NCBI GenBank assembly: GCA_002007425.1
Contig: MUGK01000012.1
Coordinates: 1-56,931, forward strand
Reading direction: 5' to 3'
DNA length: 56,931 bases
Source: Chromatiales bacterium USCg_Taylor
GTDB taxonomy: Bacteria > Pseudomonadota > Gammaproteobacteria > JACCXJ01
In this document: in pieces, positions 29,973-41,125 of the stretch
Layout of the letters: every line of letters starts with the position of its first letter
Position numbering within the stretch: position 1 is the stretch's first letter
The notes under the pieces: generated by a model
The model's input: only the letters and a program-made list of their open reading frames with translations
What the model was told of the DNA's origin: nothing
Database searches by the model: none
Made by a program: the position numbers and the translations under genes

Positions 29973-32078
29973 TTAATTCGCCGTCCCTCCGGCGTTCACC
30001 GCCTTCATGCTCAAGCGAATACGCCCTTGCTTATCGACTTCGAGCACTTTTACCTGCACGGTATCACCCTCGCGCAGCTTGTCACTCACGTTTTCGACGC
30101 GCTCGTCGGAAATCTGCGATATATGCACTAAGCCATCCTTCCCGGGCAAAATGGTCACGAACGCACCGAAGTCCATAAGCTTGGCGACCCGGCCCTCGTA
30201 GATCATGCCCACTTGAACGTCGGCTGTGATTTGCTCAACGCGGCGCCGCGCCTCTTGCCCCGCGGCATTATCAATGGAGGCGATTTTCACTGTGCCATCG
30301 TCGCTGATGTCGATGACGGCCCCGGTCTGCTCGGTAATGGCACGAATCGTCGAACCGCCCTTGCCGATGACGTCCCGGATTTTCTCCGGGTCGATCTTGA
30401 TGGTGATAATCCTGGGCGCGTACTCCGACATCTCCGGCCGCGGTTTGGCGATAACGGCGTTCATTCGCTCAAGTATATGCAAACGGCCCTGATGGGCTTG
30501 CCGCAGCGCCAGCTCCATGATTTCACGGGTGATCCCATCGATCTTGATGTCCATCTGCAGCGCTGTCACGCCATGCGCCGTTCCCGCAACCTTGAAATCC
30601 ATGTCGCCGAGATGATCCTCATCACCCACGATGTCCGATAGTATCGCGAACCGGTCACCTTCCTTCACGAGGCCCATTGCGATCCCGGCGACCGCATCCT
30701 TGAGCGGGACACCGGCATCCATCAATGACAGGCTGGTTCCACACACGGAAGCCATCGAGCTTGAGCCGTTGGACTCGGTGATTTCCGACACTACGCGAAC
30801 CACGTATGGAAACTCGGAAGCATCCGGCATCACGGCTTGAATCCCTCGCTTCGCCAGCCGCCCGTGTCCAATCTCTCGCCGTTTGGGTGAACCCACCCGG
30901 CCGGTCTCGCCGACGCAATACGGCGGAAAGTTATAATGCAACATGAAGGCTTCCTTGCGCTCCCCCTCGATGGCGTCGATGATCTGCGCATCCCGCCCCG
31001 TTCCTAAGGCGGTGATAACCAAGGCCTGGGTTTCGCCGCGTGTAAACAGCGCCGAACCGTGCGTGCGAGGTAATACCCCGACGCGGACAGTGATCGGGCG
31101 GACGGCGTCCATGGCGCGGCCATCGATACGGCGCCGTTGATCAAGGATCATCCCCCGGACGGCCCGCTGTTCGATCGCCTCGAACACATTCACGACATCC
31201 TCCGCGGCGGCCTGCGGGGCGCCGTCCGCCGGCCCGCCGAGCGCCTCCTGCGCCTGCTTGCGAAGGGCATTAATCCGCTGCCGGCGCGCGAGCTTATCGG
31301 TGATCGCATACGCCTCGCGAATAGCCGGCCCGACCCGTGATTCGACCGCGCTCATCAGGGCCGTGTCCTGTACCGCGGGCTGCCAGGTCCAGGGGACCGG
31401 CGCTACCTCATGGACGAAATCCCGGAGGTTACGGATCACGACCTGCATTTGTTCGTGGCCGAACATTACCGCGCCCAGCATGACGTCCTCGGCGAGCTGA
31501 TCGGCCTCCGATTCGACCATGAGCACCGAGGATTGGGTGCCGGCCACAACGAGGTGGAGGCGCGACGACTTGATCTGGCTGAAGGTCGGATTGAGCACAT
31601 AGTTTCCATCCAGATAGCCAATGCGCGCTGCCCCAATCGGCCCCTTAAACGGGATCCCCGAGATGCTTACGGCCGCCGACGCGCCGATGAGCGCCGGGAT
31701 GTCCGGATCGATCTCGGGATCGAGCGATAGCACCGTGGCGATGATTTGTACCTCGTTCGTCATCCCCTCGGGAAACAACGGACGCAAGGGCCGATCGATC
31801 AACCTCGAGGTGAGAGTTTCTTTTTCGCTCGGACGCCCCTCGCGTTTGAAGAACCCTCCAGGGATCTTGCCCGCCGCGTAGGTGCGTTCCTGATAATCCA
31901 CGGTCAGGGGGAAGAAATCCCGGCCCGGCGCCGGTTCCTTGTTTCCTACCACGGAAACCAATACCACGGTATCCCCCGTGCTCACTGTCACTGCCGCCGA
32001 AGCTTGGCGCGCGATTTCCCCTGTCTCTAGAACAACAACATGGGATCCGTATTGGAATGATTTTTTTACAAGGCGCAT
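29973..32078 (-). CDS. pnp: polyribonucleotide nucleotidyltransferase (PNPase)
   Basis: Two RNase PH domains, a KH domain and an S1 domain ([14 protein letters not shown]). 701 aa. Confidence 0.97.
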   Translation of the reverse strand: MRLVKKSFQYGSHVVVLETGEIARQASAAVTVSTGDTVVLVSVVGNKEPAPGRDFFPLTVDYQERTYAAGKIPGGFFKREGRPSEKETLTSRLIDRPLRPLFPEGMTNEVQIIATVLSLDPEIDPDIPALIGASAAVSISGIPFKGPIGAARIGYLDGNYVLNPTFSQIKSSRLHLVVAGTQSSVLMVESEADQLAEDVMLGAVMFGHEQMQVVIRNLRDFVHEVAPVPWTWQPAVQDTALMSAVESRVGPAIREAYAITDKLARRQRINALRKQAQEALGGPADGAPQAAAEDVVNVFEAIEQRAVRGMILDQRRRIDGRAMDAVRPITVRVGVLPRTHGSALFTRGETQALVITALGTGRDAQIIDAIEGERKEAFMLHYNFPPYCVGETGRVGSPKRREIGHGRLAKRGIQAVMPDASEFPYVVRVVSEITESNGSSSMASVCGTSLSLMDAGVPLKDAVAGIAMGLVKEGDRFAILSDIVGDEDHLGDMDFKVAGTAHGVTALQMDIKIDGITREIMELALRQAHQGRLHILERMNAVIAKPRPEMSEYAPRIITIKIDPEKIRDVIGKGGSTIRAITEQTGAVIDISDDGTVKIASIDNAAGQEARRRVEQITADVQVGMIYEGRVAKLMDFGAFVTILPGKDGLVHISQISDERVENVSDKLREGDTVQVKVLEVDKQGRIRLSMKAVNAGGTAN

Positions 32079-32157
32079 GCTGGTGCTCGACTAAATGGAA
32101 ATGGTAGGTGCAAACCGCCGCATCAATGCGGGAGTGCTCTAAGGCGATTACGATTGC

Positions 32158-32427
32158 CTATCTGCGCAAGCCCAAACCGGTGATTAACTCTCGGTAGCGC
32201 GGCATATTGTATTGCTTAATATAATCCAGTAGCTTACGCCGTTTGTTGACCATCCTCAGCAACCCTTGGCGAGAGTGGTGGTCGGATTGGTGAGTTTTAA
32301 AATGCTGCGCCAGATCCTCGATACGGCGGGTAATAAGCGCGACCTGCACCTCGGGCGATCCGGTGTCGCCCGGGGAGCGCTTAAATTTATTCACGACTTC
32401 TTTTTTTAGTGCCGGCGGCAGTACCAT
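32158..32427 (-). CDS. rpsO: 30S ribosomal protein S15
   Basis: [50 protein letters not shown]. Confidence 0.95.
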   Translation of the reverse strand: MVLPPALKKEVVNKFKRSPGDTGSPEVQVALITRRIEDLAQHFKTHQSDHHSRQGLLRMVNKRRKLLDYIKQYNMPRYRELITGLGLRR

Positions 32428-32534
32428 CAGACCCTAATCCTATGCAGCTCACGATTTGAGCCGGTTATTGTAACGAGCACTCCGGGTCGGAACAAGGAAC
32501 ACGCATAAACGCAGCTTCGGACAAGCGACGCTTC

Positions 32535-33461
32535 TCACCGCCGCAGCAAGCGCCGCGGCGCGATTCTGCCATCGTCGAGCACCTGCCCGACCCCCAAAAA
32601 ATGCATACGGTGGTCGTAAAGCCTGACTAGGCCGTGCGTCGGCGCATGCGGTACCACCACCGCTTGGCCGCGGCACAAGTAGTAGGCGGCGTCCCGAGAC
32701 AAAGCGATATGCGGCTCAGCGAACAGAACGCTATCAATATCGAGCAACGAACGCGTCAGCGCCTCCATCCCTTCCTGCGCTAATCGTTGCAGCGTTTCGA
32801 AATCGAGCGCGGCATCGATGTCGAAAGGCCCGACTCCAACCCGTTGCAGTACCCGTACGTGGGCGCCGCAACCCAGCCGCTCACCGATATCTTCCGCGAG
32901 GGTTCGGATATAGGTGCCCTTGGAACACTCAACCGCTATGTCCACACCGTCATCGCCATAACGCAGCAAACGCAACGCATGTATGACCACCGTACGCGGC
33001 GAGCGCGCGACCGTGATCCCTTGATGTGCAAGCTCATACAGCCGGCGGCCCTGGTGTTTGATCGCCGAATGCATGGGCGGGGTCTGCTGCAAGCGTCCGG
33101 TGAACGATGCCAGCACTTCGTGGAGCGTTTCCAGCTCGAATGCGGGCGGCGTCACCGCGCGCGTGATGTCGCCTTCGGCATCGCCGGTGGTGGTCGAGAC
33201 GCCCAGTTTTACCGTGGCGAGGTAACGTTTATTCGCGTTCAGGAGAAACCCCGAAAGCTTGGTCGCCTCGCCAAAGCAGAGCGGTAACAGGCCCGTGGCC
33301 AAGAGATCCAAGCTTCCCGTGTGCCCAACCTTGCGGGCGTGAAATAAGCGCTTTACCCTTTGCAGGGCATCGTTGGAGCTAAGGCCGGGAGGCTTGTCAA
33401 ACAATAAAATCCCGTGGATATCTCGGCCTTGCCGGCCGTGACGGTTCGCCATCGGGCTCAA
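32535..33461 (-). CDS. truB: tRNA pseudouridine(55) synthase
   Basis: GILLFDKPPGLSSNDALQRVKRLFHARKVGHTGSLDLLATGLLPLCFGEATK (catalytic Asp block). Confidence 0.93.
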   Translation of the reverse strand: MSPMANRHGRQGRDIHGILLFDKPPGLSSNDALQRVKRLFHARKVGHTGSLDLLATGLLPLCFGEATKLSGFLLNANKRYLATVKLGVSTTTGDAEGDITRAVTPPAFELETLHEVLASFTGRLQQTPPMHSAIKHQGRRLYELAHQGITVARSPRTVVIHALRLLRYGDDGVDIAVECSKGTYIRTLAEDIGERLGCGAHVRVLQRVGVGPFDIDAALDFETLQRLAQEGMEALTRSLLDIDSVLFAEPHIALSRDAAYYLCRGQAVVVPHAPTHGLVRLYDHRMHFLGVGQVLDDGRIAPRRLLRR

Positions 33462-33469
33462 CGTCAGTT

Positions 33470-33835
33470 CTAGCGCGAACGCGGAAACTCCCCGCCGGAA
33501 TCGGCCCCTTTAAGCAGCGCCGCCAGACGTTCGACGCGCTCCAACGTCTCGTCATGATGGATTAGCAGGCGCGGGACCGCCCGGAGGCTCAAACGCCGGG
33601 CCAGGACCGTTCGGAAACACCCAGCGGCGCGCTGTAGCCGGGCCACGACCTCCTGTGCGCTGCCGCCGAGGCAGGATACATAGACCTTGGCGTCGTGCAG
33701 GTCCGCCGTGAGATCGACCGCCGTGACGGTCACCAGACCCAAACGGGCGTCTTGTGCGGTTCGCGATACGAGCGGCGCGAGCTCCCGTTTGATTTGTTCC
33801 GCAACGCGTAGCTTGCGGCCGAATTCCTGCCCCAT
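33470..33835 (-). CDS. rbfA: ribosome-binding factor A
   Basis: RKLRVAEQIKRELAPLV...VTVTAVDLTADLHDAKVYVS. ATG 33835 avoids overlap with the infB stop at 33843. Confidence 0.9.
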   Translation of the reverse strand: MGQEFGRKLRVAEQIKRELAPLVSRTAQDARLGLVTVTAVDLTADLHDAKVYVSCLGGSAQEVVARLQRAAGCFRTVLARRLSLRAVPRLLIHHDETLERVERLAALLKGADSGGEFPRSR

Positions 33836-33842
33836 CGCGGCT

Positions 33843-36368
33843 CTAGATGCTGCGTGCGAGCGTGATGCGCTCGAAGACTTCAATCTGGTCGCCCGGCTTC
33901 ACATCGTTGTAGTCCTTAACGCCGATTCCGCATTCGGTGCCGGATTTCACTTCGTTGACATCGTCCCGAAATCGGCGTAGCGACTCCAGTTGCCCTTCGT
34001 AAATCACGATGTTATTTCTCAGCACGCGTATAGGGTTGGCGCGGCGCACGGCGCCGGTCGTGACGATACAACCCGCGATCGCGCCAAACTTCGACGATCG
34101 AAACACATCGCGTACTTCCGCCATGCCAATAATCTGCTCCTTGACCTCCGGTGCGAGCATACCGCTCAATGCCGCTTTCATTTCATCGATCACGTTGTAA
34201 ATAATACTGTGATAATGTAGCTCCACGCCGGTTTCTTCGACCAATTTGCGGGCGCTGGCATCGGCGCGCACATTGAACCCGATCACGATCGCCTTCGACG
34301 CCACGGCGAGATTAACATCGGACTCGCTGATTCCGCCCACACCGTTCGCGATGACGTTGACGCGCACCTCGTCGGTGGCGAGTTTAGTCAAGGCATCGAC
34401 TAAGGCTTCCGCGGATCCTTGCACGTCGGCTTTGATCAAAACGTTCAGATTACTGGTTTTCCCTTCCTCCATCTGCAGCATAACATCATCGAGCTTGGCT
34501 GCTTGTTGCCGTGCAAGCTTGCCTTCCCGGGTCTTACCCTGCCTAGCCTGAGCGATTTCGCGCGCCTTGCGTTCATCCACGACGACCACCGCCTCATCGC
34601 CCGCATTGGGAGCACTCGACAAGCCCAGGACTTCCACGGGCAGCGACGGCCCGGCTTCCTCGATGGATTGACCGTTTTCATCCAACAGCGCGCGGACGTG
34701 GCCGAATTCCTGGCCGGTCAGTAAAATATCGCCCCGCTTGAGCAGGCCTTGTTGCACCAAGATCGTGGCGATCGGGCCACGTCCCTTGTCTAATCTGGAT
34801 TCGATCACCACCCCCGACGCCGGTCCGGCCGGCACCGCCAGGAGCTCGAGAACCTCGGCCTGCAGCAGGATCGATTCCAGCAAGCGGTCGATACCTTCCC
34901 CGGTCTTGGCGGAAACGTTCACGAAAATCGCGTCCCCTCCCCACTCCTCCGGTACGATGCCGTGCCCCGTTAACTCTTGCTTAACCCGCTCGGGGTCTGC
35001 GTCCGGCTTATCGATCTTATTGACGGCGACCAGTATCGGCGCATTCGCCGCCTGCGCATGCTGCACGGCCTCGATCGTTTGCGTTTTCACCCCGTCGTCG
35101 GCCGCGACCACTAATACCACGATGTCGGTGACTTTAGCGCCGCGCGCCCGCATTGCCGTAAAAGCCGCGTGACCCGGCGTATCCAAAAACGTAATGGAGC
35201 CCTCCCCGACGAGCACATGGTAAGCGCCGATATGCTGCGTGATCCCGCCGGCCTCTCCGGCGGCAACCCGGGTACGGCGTATGTAATCGAGCAATGAGGT
35301 CTTGCCGTGATCGACGTGGCCCATAATCGTGACCACGGGGGGGCGCGCCACTTTCTCGCACTCGATGGCATCGGAAACTCCGAGCAGTTCCGCCTCCGCC
35401 GCATCGTCTTTAAGCGGCTTGGCCCTGTGGCCCATCTCCCCAACCACTATCACCGCCGTCGCCTGATCGAGCAGTTGATTAATGCTCGCCATCGTCCCGA
35501 GGTTGATCATGACTTTGATGACCTCAGCCGCCTTGACCGACATTCGTTGCGCCAACTCGGCGACGGTGACCCGTTCAGGGATCGCGATCTCACGCACAAT
35601 GGGCGCGGTCGGCATCTCGAAACCGTGCTTGGGCGCGAGCGGCACGACCATTCGCCGAGGCCCCGGTTTCTTCTTCCGGCGGGTTGTTCTATTGGTTGCA
35701 ACATGCAGCTCTCGTTGATCGATGACCGGTTCCCCTGACGGCTCCTTTTGGCGCTTGGCCGGGACCTTATCGGTGTAGGCTTGGCGTTTTACCAGCGGCT
35801 CCGCGGCGGCCGGGATCGGGATCCGTGGCGGCGCTTCGCGGAGCGCCTCCTCCACCGGCGCTAAGACTCGTTCCGACTCGGCGTCCGCCCGTGCGCGCAC
35901 CTCCGCTTCCTCGGTACGCCGGCGCGCTTCCAGCTCCTGGGTTTTGATCTCTTCCTCGCGGGCGCGGCCGAGCTCCAGGGCCGCTAACTGCTCTTGTTCC
36001 GCGGTCTCCTCGGCCCGGCGCTGAGCCTCTGCCTCCGCGAATACGCTACGTTTCACATAGGTGCGCTTCTTGCGGAACTCGACGCTCACCGTTTTTGTGC
36101 TGCTGCTGCTGCGCACGCTACGCCGATCGGTAGGGAGCTTGATCTCACTGATGGTCTTGCGGCGCAGGACAATGCGGTTCGGTTCTGCGCTTTCATCGGC
36201 GCGCCCGTGGAGCTGCCGCAGATGGACAAGCAATTGGTTTTTCTCCCGATCGCTCATGGGATCGCCGGGTTGTTTATCCGGCAGCCCGGCCTCGCCCAGT
36301 TGCGTGAGCAGCCGGTCGATGGAAATTCCAACCACGTCCGCGAACTGCTTAACCGTCACTTCAGCCAT
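33843..36368 (-). CDS. infB: translation initiation factor IF-2
   Basis: [15 protein letters not shown] domain [12 protein letters not shown] / DTPGH / NKID. ATG 36368 overlaps the nusA stop (gcATGGCTGA). Confidence 0.97.
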   Translation of the reverse strand: MAEVTVKQFADVVGISIDRLLTQLGEAGLPDKQPGDPMSDREKNQLLVHLRQLHGRADESAEPNRIVLRRKTISEIKLPTDRRSVRSSSSTKTVSVEFRKKRTYVKRSVFAEAEAQRRAEETAEQEQLAALELGRAREEEIKTQELEARRRTEEAEVRARADAESERVLAPVEEALREAPPRIPIPAAAEPLVKRQAYTDKVPAKRQKEPSGEPVIDQRELHVATNRTTRRKKKPGPRRMVVPLAPKHGFEMPTAPIVREIAIPERVTVAELAQRMSVKAAEVIKVMINLGTMASINQLLDQATAVIVVGEMGHRAKPLKDDAAEAELLGVSDAIECEKVARPPVVTIMGHVDHGKTSLLDYIRRTRVAAGEAGGITQHIGAYHVLVGEGSITFLDTPGHAAFTAMRARGAKVTDIVVLVVAADDGVKTQTIEAVQHAQAANAPILVAVNKIDKPDADPERVKQELTGHGIVPEEWGGDAIFVNVSAKTGEGIDRLLESILLQAEVLELLAVPAGPASGVVIESRLDKGRGPIATILVQQGLLKRGDILLTGQEFGHVRALLDENGQSIEEAGPSLPVEVLGLSSAPNAGDEAVVVVDERKAREIAQARQGKTREGKLARQQAAKLDDVMLQMEEGKTSNLNVLIKADVQGSAEALVDALTKLATDEVRVNVIANGVGGISESDVNLAVASKAIVIGFNVRADASARKLVEETGVELHYHSIIYNVIDEMKAALSGMLAPEVKEQIIGMAEVRDVFRSSKFGAIAGCIVTTGAVRRANPIRVLRNNIVIYEGQLESLRRFRDDVNEVKSGTECGIGVKDYNDVKPGDQIEVFERITLARSI

Positions 36369-37932
36369 GCACCTGCTCCCCGGTCTCATCTTGCGCAGCC
36401 TTAAACCACGGGGCGCGCGCGGTCATTATCAGCGTGCCGGCCCGCTCGCCGCTGATGCCACCGATTTCTACCAGTTCATCTACCGACTGCTCCGCCAAAT
36501 CGTCCATCGTCACAATTGCCTCCGCGGCCAAGCGGTAGGCTAGCTCTGGATCCATGCCTTCCATATTGAGCAGATCTTCCGACGGCATGACATCACCGAG
36601 ACGTTCCTCGGTGGCGATGGCCTTGGTCAATAACCAATCCTTGGCCCGATTGCGTAACTCGGCCACCAGATCCGCATCGAACTCCTCGATCTCGATCATT
36701 TCCTGTTCCGGAACGAACGCGACTTCCTCGATGCTCGAGAAGCCTTCTTGCGTCAAAATGTTAGCGACCTCCTGGTCGACATGGAGATTTTCTACGAATA
36801 TCTGCTGGATACGCTGGGTTTCCGCCTCGGTCTTGTCGGCCGCTTCGGTTTCGGTCATCACATTCAGCTCCCAGCCGGTCAGTTGGCTCGCGAGCCGGAC
36901 GTTCTGTCCGTTACGGCCGATCGCCTGCGATAGTTGCTCCTCCACGACCGCCACATCCATGCTGTGCGCATCCTCATCCACCATGATGGACACGACTTCG
37001 GCGGGCGACATGGCGTTAATGACGAACTGCGCCGGGTTTTCATTCCAAAGGATAATATCGACCCGTTCTCCGGCGAGATCGTTGGAGACAGCTTGCACGC
37101 GCGAGCCGCGCATGCCGACACAGGCGCCGACCGGATCGATCCGAGGGTCCTTGCTCTTGACGGCGATCTTCGCGCGCAGACCCGGATCGCGCGCTGCTCC
37201 GAGCACCTCGATGAGACCTTCACCGATCTCGGGAACCTCGATCTTGAACAACTCGATTAGGAGCTTCGTGGCCGTGCGGCTGACGAATAACTGCGGACCG
37301 CGTTTCTCCGGACGCACTTCGCTCAAGTATCCTCGCAGCCGATCCCCCGGCCGCACTGCTTCGCGCGGGATCATGTCCTCGCGCGCAATCATCGCTTCCG
37401 CGTTGCCGCCGAGATCCAATGTCACGCTACCGCGATCGACACGCTTCACGACGCCGGCAATCAGCTGGCCCATGCGGCTCTCAAAGGCTTCCACAATCTG
37501 CTTGCGTTCGGCCTCGCGCACCTTCTGCACGATGACTTGCTTCGCCGCTTGCGCGGCGATACGCCCAAACGCCGCGGCCTCCATCGGTTCCTCTATATAT
37601 TCGCCGTGGCTCACCTCGGGACGGATCTCGCGCGCCTTGCTGAGAGAGATTTGACGCTTTGGAAACTCGATCCCGCCCGCGCCGATCGGGGCGCCATCGG
37701 TCCCAAGGTCCACGGCCGGGGTGGCTACGGTCTCATCGATAACCTGCCAACGCCGGAAAGCTTCATAGTCCCCGGTCTGCCGGTCGATGGATACGCGGAC
37801 ATCGATGTCGTCGCGATAACGTTTGGTTGTCGCACTGGCGAGCGCCGCTTCCAAGGCCTCGAAAATGATCTCCTTATTTACCCCCTTCTCATTGGAAACA
37901 ACCTCGACGACGGTAAGGATATCCTTGTTCAT
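36361..37932 (-). CDS. nusA: transcription termination/antitermination factor NusA
   Basis: [19 protein letters not shown]1 and KH domains, C-terminal acidic repeats. 523 aa. Confidence 0.97.
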   Translation of the reverse strand: MNKDILTVVEVVSNEKGVNKEIIFEALEAALASATTKRYRDDIDVRVSIDRQTGDYEAFRRWQVIDETVATPAVDLGTDGAPIGAGGIEFPKRQISLSKAREIRPEVSHGEYIEEPMEAAAFGRIAAQAAKQVIVQKVREAERKQIVEAFESRMGQLIAGVVKRVDRGSVTLDLGGNAEAMIAREDMIPREAVRPGDRLRGYLSEVRPEKRGPQLFVSRTATKLLIELFKIEVPEIGEGLIEVLGAARDPGLRAKIAVKSKDPRIDPVGACVGMRGSRVQAVSNDLAGERVDIILWNENPAQFVINAMSPAEVVSIMVDEDAHSMDVAVVEEQLSQAIGRNGQNVRLASQLTGWELNVMTETEAADKTEAETQRIQQIFVENLHVDQEVANILTQEGFSSIEEVAFVPEQEMIEIEEFDADLVAELRNRAKDWLLTKAIATEERLGDVMPSEDLLNMEGMDPELAYRLAAEAIVTMDDLAEQSVDELVEIGGISGERAGTLIMTARAPWFKAAQDETGEQVHG

Positions 37933-38417
37933 CTGCTGCGCCTCGCCGGTTTTTTGGACTCGAATTGCGGCACCAAGCGGGCCCGGTGTATGAGATCGAA
38001 GGGCAGCCTAAAAACCTCCCCTTCCTGTTCGGTGATGCTGATCTCTTTAACGGTGACCGCGTTTAAGCGCCCGCGGAATTTTCGGCGCCCGTGGACCAGA
38101 CGCATCGTCTCAATGCTCACGGTGCTTTGAAGAAAACGCGAATACTGATCAAGGGTAAACAGCGGGCGGTCCAATCCCGGAGAAGAAACCTCAAGCGTAT
38201 AGGACCCGGTGACAGGATCCTCAACATCCATGACGCTACTCACCTGCTGGCTCACGCGTTCGCAATCTCTCAATGTAATTCCACTGGCGCTATCGATATA
38301 CACCCGTATCAACGGCGCGCGTCTGGCGACGGTACGTTCTATGCCGACGAATTCATACCCGAGGCCCGCCACGACGGGCTCGATGATGGCTTCTAACTCC
38401 CTCGTATCCACGCGCAC
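37929..38417 (-). CDS. rimP: ribosome maturation factor RimP
   Basis: [20 protein letters not shown]...IRVYID...[18 protein letters not shown] overlap with nusA. Confidence 0.9.
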   Translation of the reverse strand: MRVDTRELEAIIEPVVAGLGYEFVGIERTVARRAPLIRVYIDSASGITLRDCERVSQQVSSVMDVEDPVTGSYTLEVSSPGLDRPLFTLDQYSRFLQSTVSIETMRLVHGRRKFRGRLNAVTVKEISITEQEGEVFRLPFDLIHRARLVPQFESKKPARRSR

Positions 38418-38431
38418 GTTACCGACTAAAA

Positions 38432-38456
38432 TAAAAAGCCCCGGCTCTCGGGGCTA
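38432..38456 (-). terminator. hairpin plus U-tract directly after tRNA-fMet (attenuating terminator before rimP)
   Basis: The minus strand reads AGCCCCG-AGAGC-CGGGGCT followed by TTTTTA. E. coli has a terminator between metY and rimP in the same position. Confidence 0.6.
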
Positions 38457-38533
38457 TGGTAGCGGGGGCAGGATTTGAACCTGCGACCTTCGGGTTATGA
38501 GCCCGACGAGCTGCCAGACTGCTCCACCCCGCA
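38457..38533 (-). tRNA. metY: initiator tRNA-fMet (anticodon CAT)
   Basis: The minus strand reads TGCGGGGTGGAGCAGTCTGGCAGCTCGTCGGGCTCATAACCCGAAGGTCGCAGGTTCAAATCCTGCCCCCGCTACCA (77 nt, encoded CCA). It has three consecutive G:C pairs in the anticodon stem (GGG/CCC), is unpaired at 1:72, and is near-identical in layout to E. coli tRNA-fMet. Confidence 0.93.
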
Positions 38534-38699
38534 ATGGTCGGACCTGTAATAATAGGGTTCTGACGCTCTTTTTTCAAGTGCGTTCGGGCAATTTGAGCGG
38601 TCCGCCCGCGCCGCGAACCCAGGTAACGGTGGTGCGGACAGCTTCCAGGACGCTTTCGGCTTATAATCGAATCCATAGAGAGCCTAAGCGAGGAGCCTT

Positions 38700-40067
38700 G
38701 TGTACACTCGTCCCCCCGCCGTCGCGGGGCAGTTTTATCCCAGCGATCCGATGGACCTGCGGCGGATGATCGGCGGTTATTTGGGGACAAAAGCGGCCGG
38801 CTCGCAAGTCCCGAAAGCCCTCATCGCACCTCATGCCGGCTACATTTATTCCGGAGCCGTCGCAGGGTCCGCCTATGCTTGTCTCGCGGATGCACACGCG
38901 CGTATTCGCCGGGTTATTCTCTTGGGGCCGGGACACCGGGGTTATGTCCCGGGCCTCGCGTTGCCGAGCGCCCAGCACTTTGCGACCCCCTTGGGGGAGG
39001 TCGCGCTCGACCCGGGCGCTACGCAGAAACTGGCAGTATTCCCGCAGGTTATCGTGATGGATCACGCGCATGCCTTTGAGCATAGTCTCGAGGTCCAGAT
39101 CCCGTTCCTACAAACCGTCCTGGAGCAATTTACCATCGTGCCGCTGGTGGTGGGCGGCGCCGCGCCGGAGGATGTCAGCGCCGTCATAGAGGCGCTGTGG
39201 GACGAGGCCGAAACTCTCATCGTCGTCAGCTCCGACCTCAGTCACTTCCACGACTATGAGACGGCGCGGGGAATTGACCGGGCGACGGCCGCCGCGATCG
39301 TGAGGGGCACGGCCACCCTGAGCCCGGAGCAGGCGTGCGGGTGCGCGTCTATCAACGGCTTACTCCATTTCGCGCGCAAGCATAAGCTCCGCATCGCCGC
39401 GCTGGATGTGCGCAATTCGGGCGACACGACAGGCCCTAAGGATCGCGTCGTCGGCTATGGCGCTTTCGCGCTCTATTCGCCTAGAGAATCACTCCCATTG
39501 CGCCCGGAAGACCGCCACCTCCTTTTGGACGCCGCCTCTCTCTCTATCGCGCGAGGCTTCGAGCATGTCCCGGACACGGCGATTAACAGCGCCGCTTATC
39601 CGCAACGCCTGCGCGTCCACCGGGCCTCGTTCGTGACCTTAAAAGCGCACGGCCAATTGCGGGGATGCATCGGCAGCCTGGAGCCTCATCGGCCCCTGGT
39701 CATGGATGTTGCCGAGAATGCGCGCGCGGCAGCCTTCGGCGATCCGCGTTTCCGGCCCCTGATCCCCGAGGAGTGCGCGAGGCTCGCCATCCACATCTCG
39801 GTGTTGAATGCGCCCGTCGCGTTAAATTTCAAATCCGAAACGGATCTCTTGGATCAACTCGCTCCTGGTGCCGACGGCGTGCTCCTCCAGCAACAGGACC
39901 GGCGAGCGACGTTTTTGCCGGCGGTCTGGGAATCGCTACCGGGACGCGCGGAATTTCTGCGCGAATTGAAACGGAAAGCCGGAATTTCTCAAGATGCCGG
40001 TCCCGAAACCTTTCAGGTCTGGCGCTATACGGTAGAATCTTTTTCGACCATGTACCACGCTTTCTGA
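38700..40067 (+). CDS. fused AmmeMemoRadiSam system protein B (Memo-like) + protein A (AMMECR1 domain)
   Basis: GTG 38700 lies after AGGAG. The N-terminal half, RPPAVAGQFYPSDP...IAPHAGYIYSGAVAG...SSDLSHFH, is Memo-like. The C-terminal half, ASFVTLKAHGQLRGCIGSLEPHRPL...DPRF.PL, is AMMECR1. Confidence 0.8.
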   Translation: MYTRPPAVAGQFYPSDPMDLRRMIGGYLGTKAAGSQVPKALIAPHAGYIYSGAVAGSAYACLADAHARIRRVILLGPGHRGYVPGLALPSAQHFATPLGEVALDPGATQKLAVFPQVIVMDHAHAFEHSLEVQIPFLQTVLEQFTIVPLVVGGAAPEDVSAVIEALWDEAETLIVVSSDLSHFHDYETARGIDRATAAAIVRGTATLSPEQACGCASINGLLHFARKHKLRIAALDVRNSGDTTGPKDRVVGYGAFALYSPRESLPLRPEDRHLLLDAASLSIARGFEHVPDTAINSAAYPQRLRVHRASFVTLKAHGQLRGCIGSLEPHRPLVMDVAENARAAAFGDPRFRPLIPEECARLAIHISVLNAPVALNFKSETDLLDQLAPGADGVLLQQQDRRATFLPAVWESLPGRAEFLRELKRKAGISQDAGPETFQVWRYTVESFSTMYHAF

Positions 40068-40348
40068 AATGCGTTTTCGCCTCGCGCTCGCCGTTTTTAT
40101 TCTCGCTCACCCGTAGCCCCGAAGACCTTGCCTTGAAAGACATCGCGCTCGCTGATCTCGACCAGTGCTGGAACTAGAAAGCCTGGCGACGCTTAAAAGC
40201 GATCTTGGCGATCTCGAGAGACAGATGCTCGCGGAGGAACTGCGGCCGCAAGAGATCCGGGAGCGGCTCGCGAAGATTGAAAACCTTGATGACACGGCCG
40301 GTGTGAGTCACCACAAGTGAGGGCTTGCGGTCTGCCCCCAAATGTCCG

Positions 40349-40642
40349 TTATGGCTGTTCCCTGTTTTCGCGGCTGTGCCACGCGCGGATGATTAGCACG
40401 GTGTCTTGATCGAAGATATAGCGCAGCACGTAAGCGCCCGGGCCGAAGGGAATCAACAGCTCCCTGCGACCGGTGCCATCGTTCATCGGCCTGCCCGCTT
40501 GCGGGTAATCGGTCAAAAAGTCTGCGCCCTTTATGAGGGCCTGGGCGGCACGCGCGACGGCGGCGGGGTTTTTATCTTCCAGAAATTTAAACAGCCGTTT
40601 GGTGTCATCCTGTGCTTCCGGCAACCAGACGATGTCGGTCAT
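40349..40642 (-). CDS. RelE/ParE-family type II toxin
   Basis: 97 aa. IVWLPEAQDDTKRLFKFL...YPQAGRP...RELLIPFGPGAYVLRYIFDQDTVLIIRAWHSRE is a ParE-like layout. ATGA overlap with the upstream antitoxin gene. Confidence 0.75.
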   Translation of the reverse strand: MTDIVWLPEAQDDTKRLFKFLEDKNPAAVARAAQALIKGADFLTDYPQAGRPMNDGTGRRELLIPFGPGAYVLRYIFDQDTVLIIRAWHSRENREQP

Positions 40643-40926
40643 GAAGCCTCACGATCACCGCCGAGACCGCTCAGCCAGTTTTTAATTTGATCATGGGGAA
40701 TAGCCTGGCCGGTCGCCTTGTAGCGCTGCCAGCGTTCCATGTCTTCCTGCTTTTCGCGCTCGTAGGCTTCCTCGCGTTCCACGTATTCCGCGATGGCGGT
40801 GCGCATGAGCCAATGCGAGGTGCGCGACCGGATCTTGCTCAGTGCTTTGAGGCGGGCGTGCAGGTCTTCATCGAGCTTGATGCCGGTATTGACGGTTTTG
40901 CCGGTTGGTTCGGTCTCGTGCCGCAT
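40639..40926 (-). CDS. ribbon-helix-helix (CopG/ParD-like) antitoxin
   Basis: 95 aa. The RHH N-terminus is GIKLDEDLHARLKALSKIRSRTSHWLMRTAIAEYVEREE. It is translationally coupled to the toxin. Confidence 0.7.
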   Translation of the reverse strand: MRHETEPTGKTVNTGIKLDEDLHARLKALSKIRSRTSHWLMRTAIAEYVEREEAYEREKQEDMERWQRYKATGQAIPHDQIKNWLSGLGGDREAS

Positions 40927-40992
40927 GGTGGTACCTCCTACAACCAGGTTATACCTCTAGCGGCCCGGTGGCAAGAAAAAAGCAACCCCTGC

Positions 40993-41013
40993 AACACTAT
41001 TCCTTATAGTGTT
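40993..41013. promoter_or_regulatory. 8-bp inverted repeat, candidate operator upstream of the RHH antitoxin gene
   Basis: AACACTAT-TCCTT-ATAGTGTT in an AT-rich stretch, 67-87 nt upstream of the antitoxin start (40926, minus strand). Confidence 0.3.
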
Positions 41014-41125
41014 ATTTTATTGTCTTCGGACATTGGACAGCACCTCGTCTGCAACTATGTCCTGGTTCAGGCGGTCGGGGCATCGAACGCCATTCGCGGG
41101 GCGGTGGCGAGTGAGGGCCTGGGTG

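Noticed and set aside
32118-32131. Short palindrome CCGCAT-CA-ATGCGG between rpsO and pnp, considered as the rpsO terminator or RNase III processing hairpin.
   Set aside because: The stem is only 6 bp with no U-tract. The location makes it plausible, but it is too weak to annotate.
40068-40348. 62-aa minus-strand ORF (40107..40295) and a 51-codon plus-strand frame (VLELESLATLKSDLGDLERQMLAEELRPQEIRERLAKIENL...).
   Set aside because: No start or RBS context and no recognisable family. It could be coiled-coil-like debris of a lost gene, but I cannot support a call.
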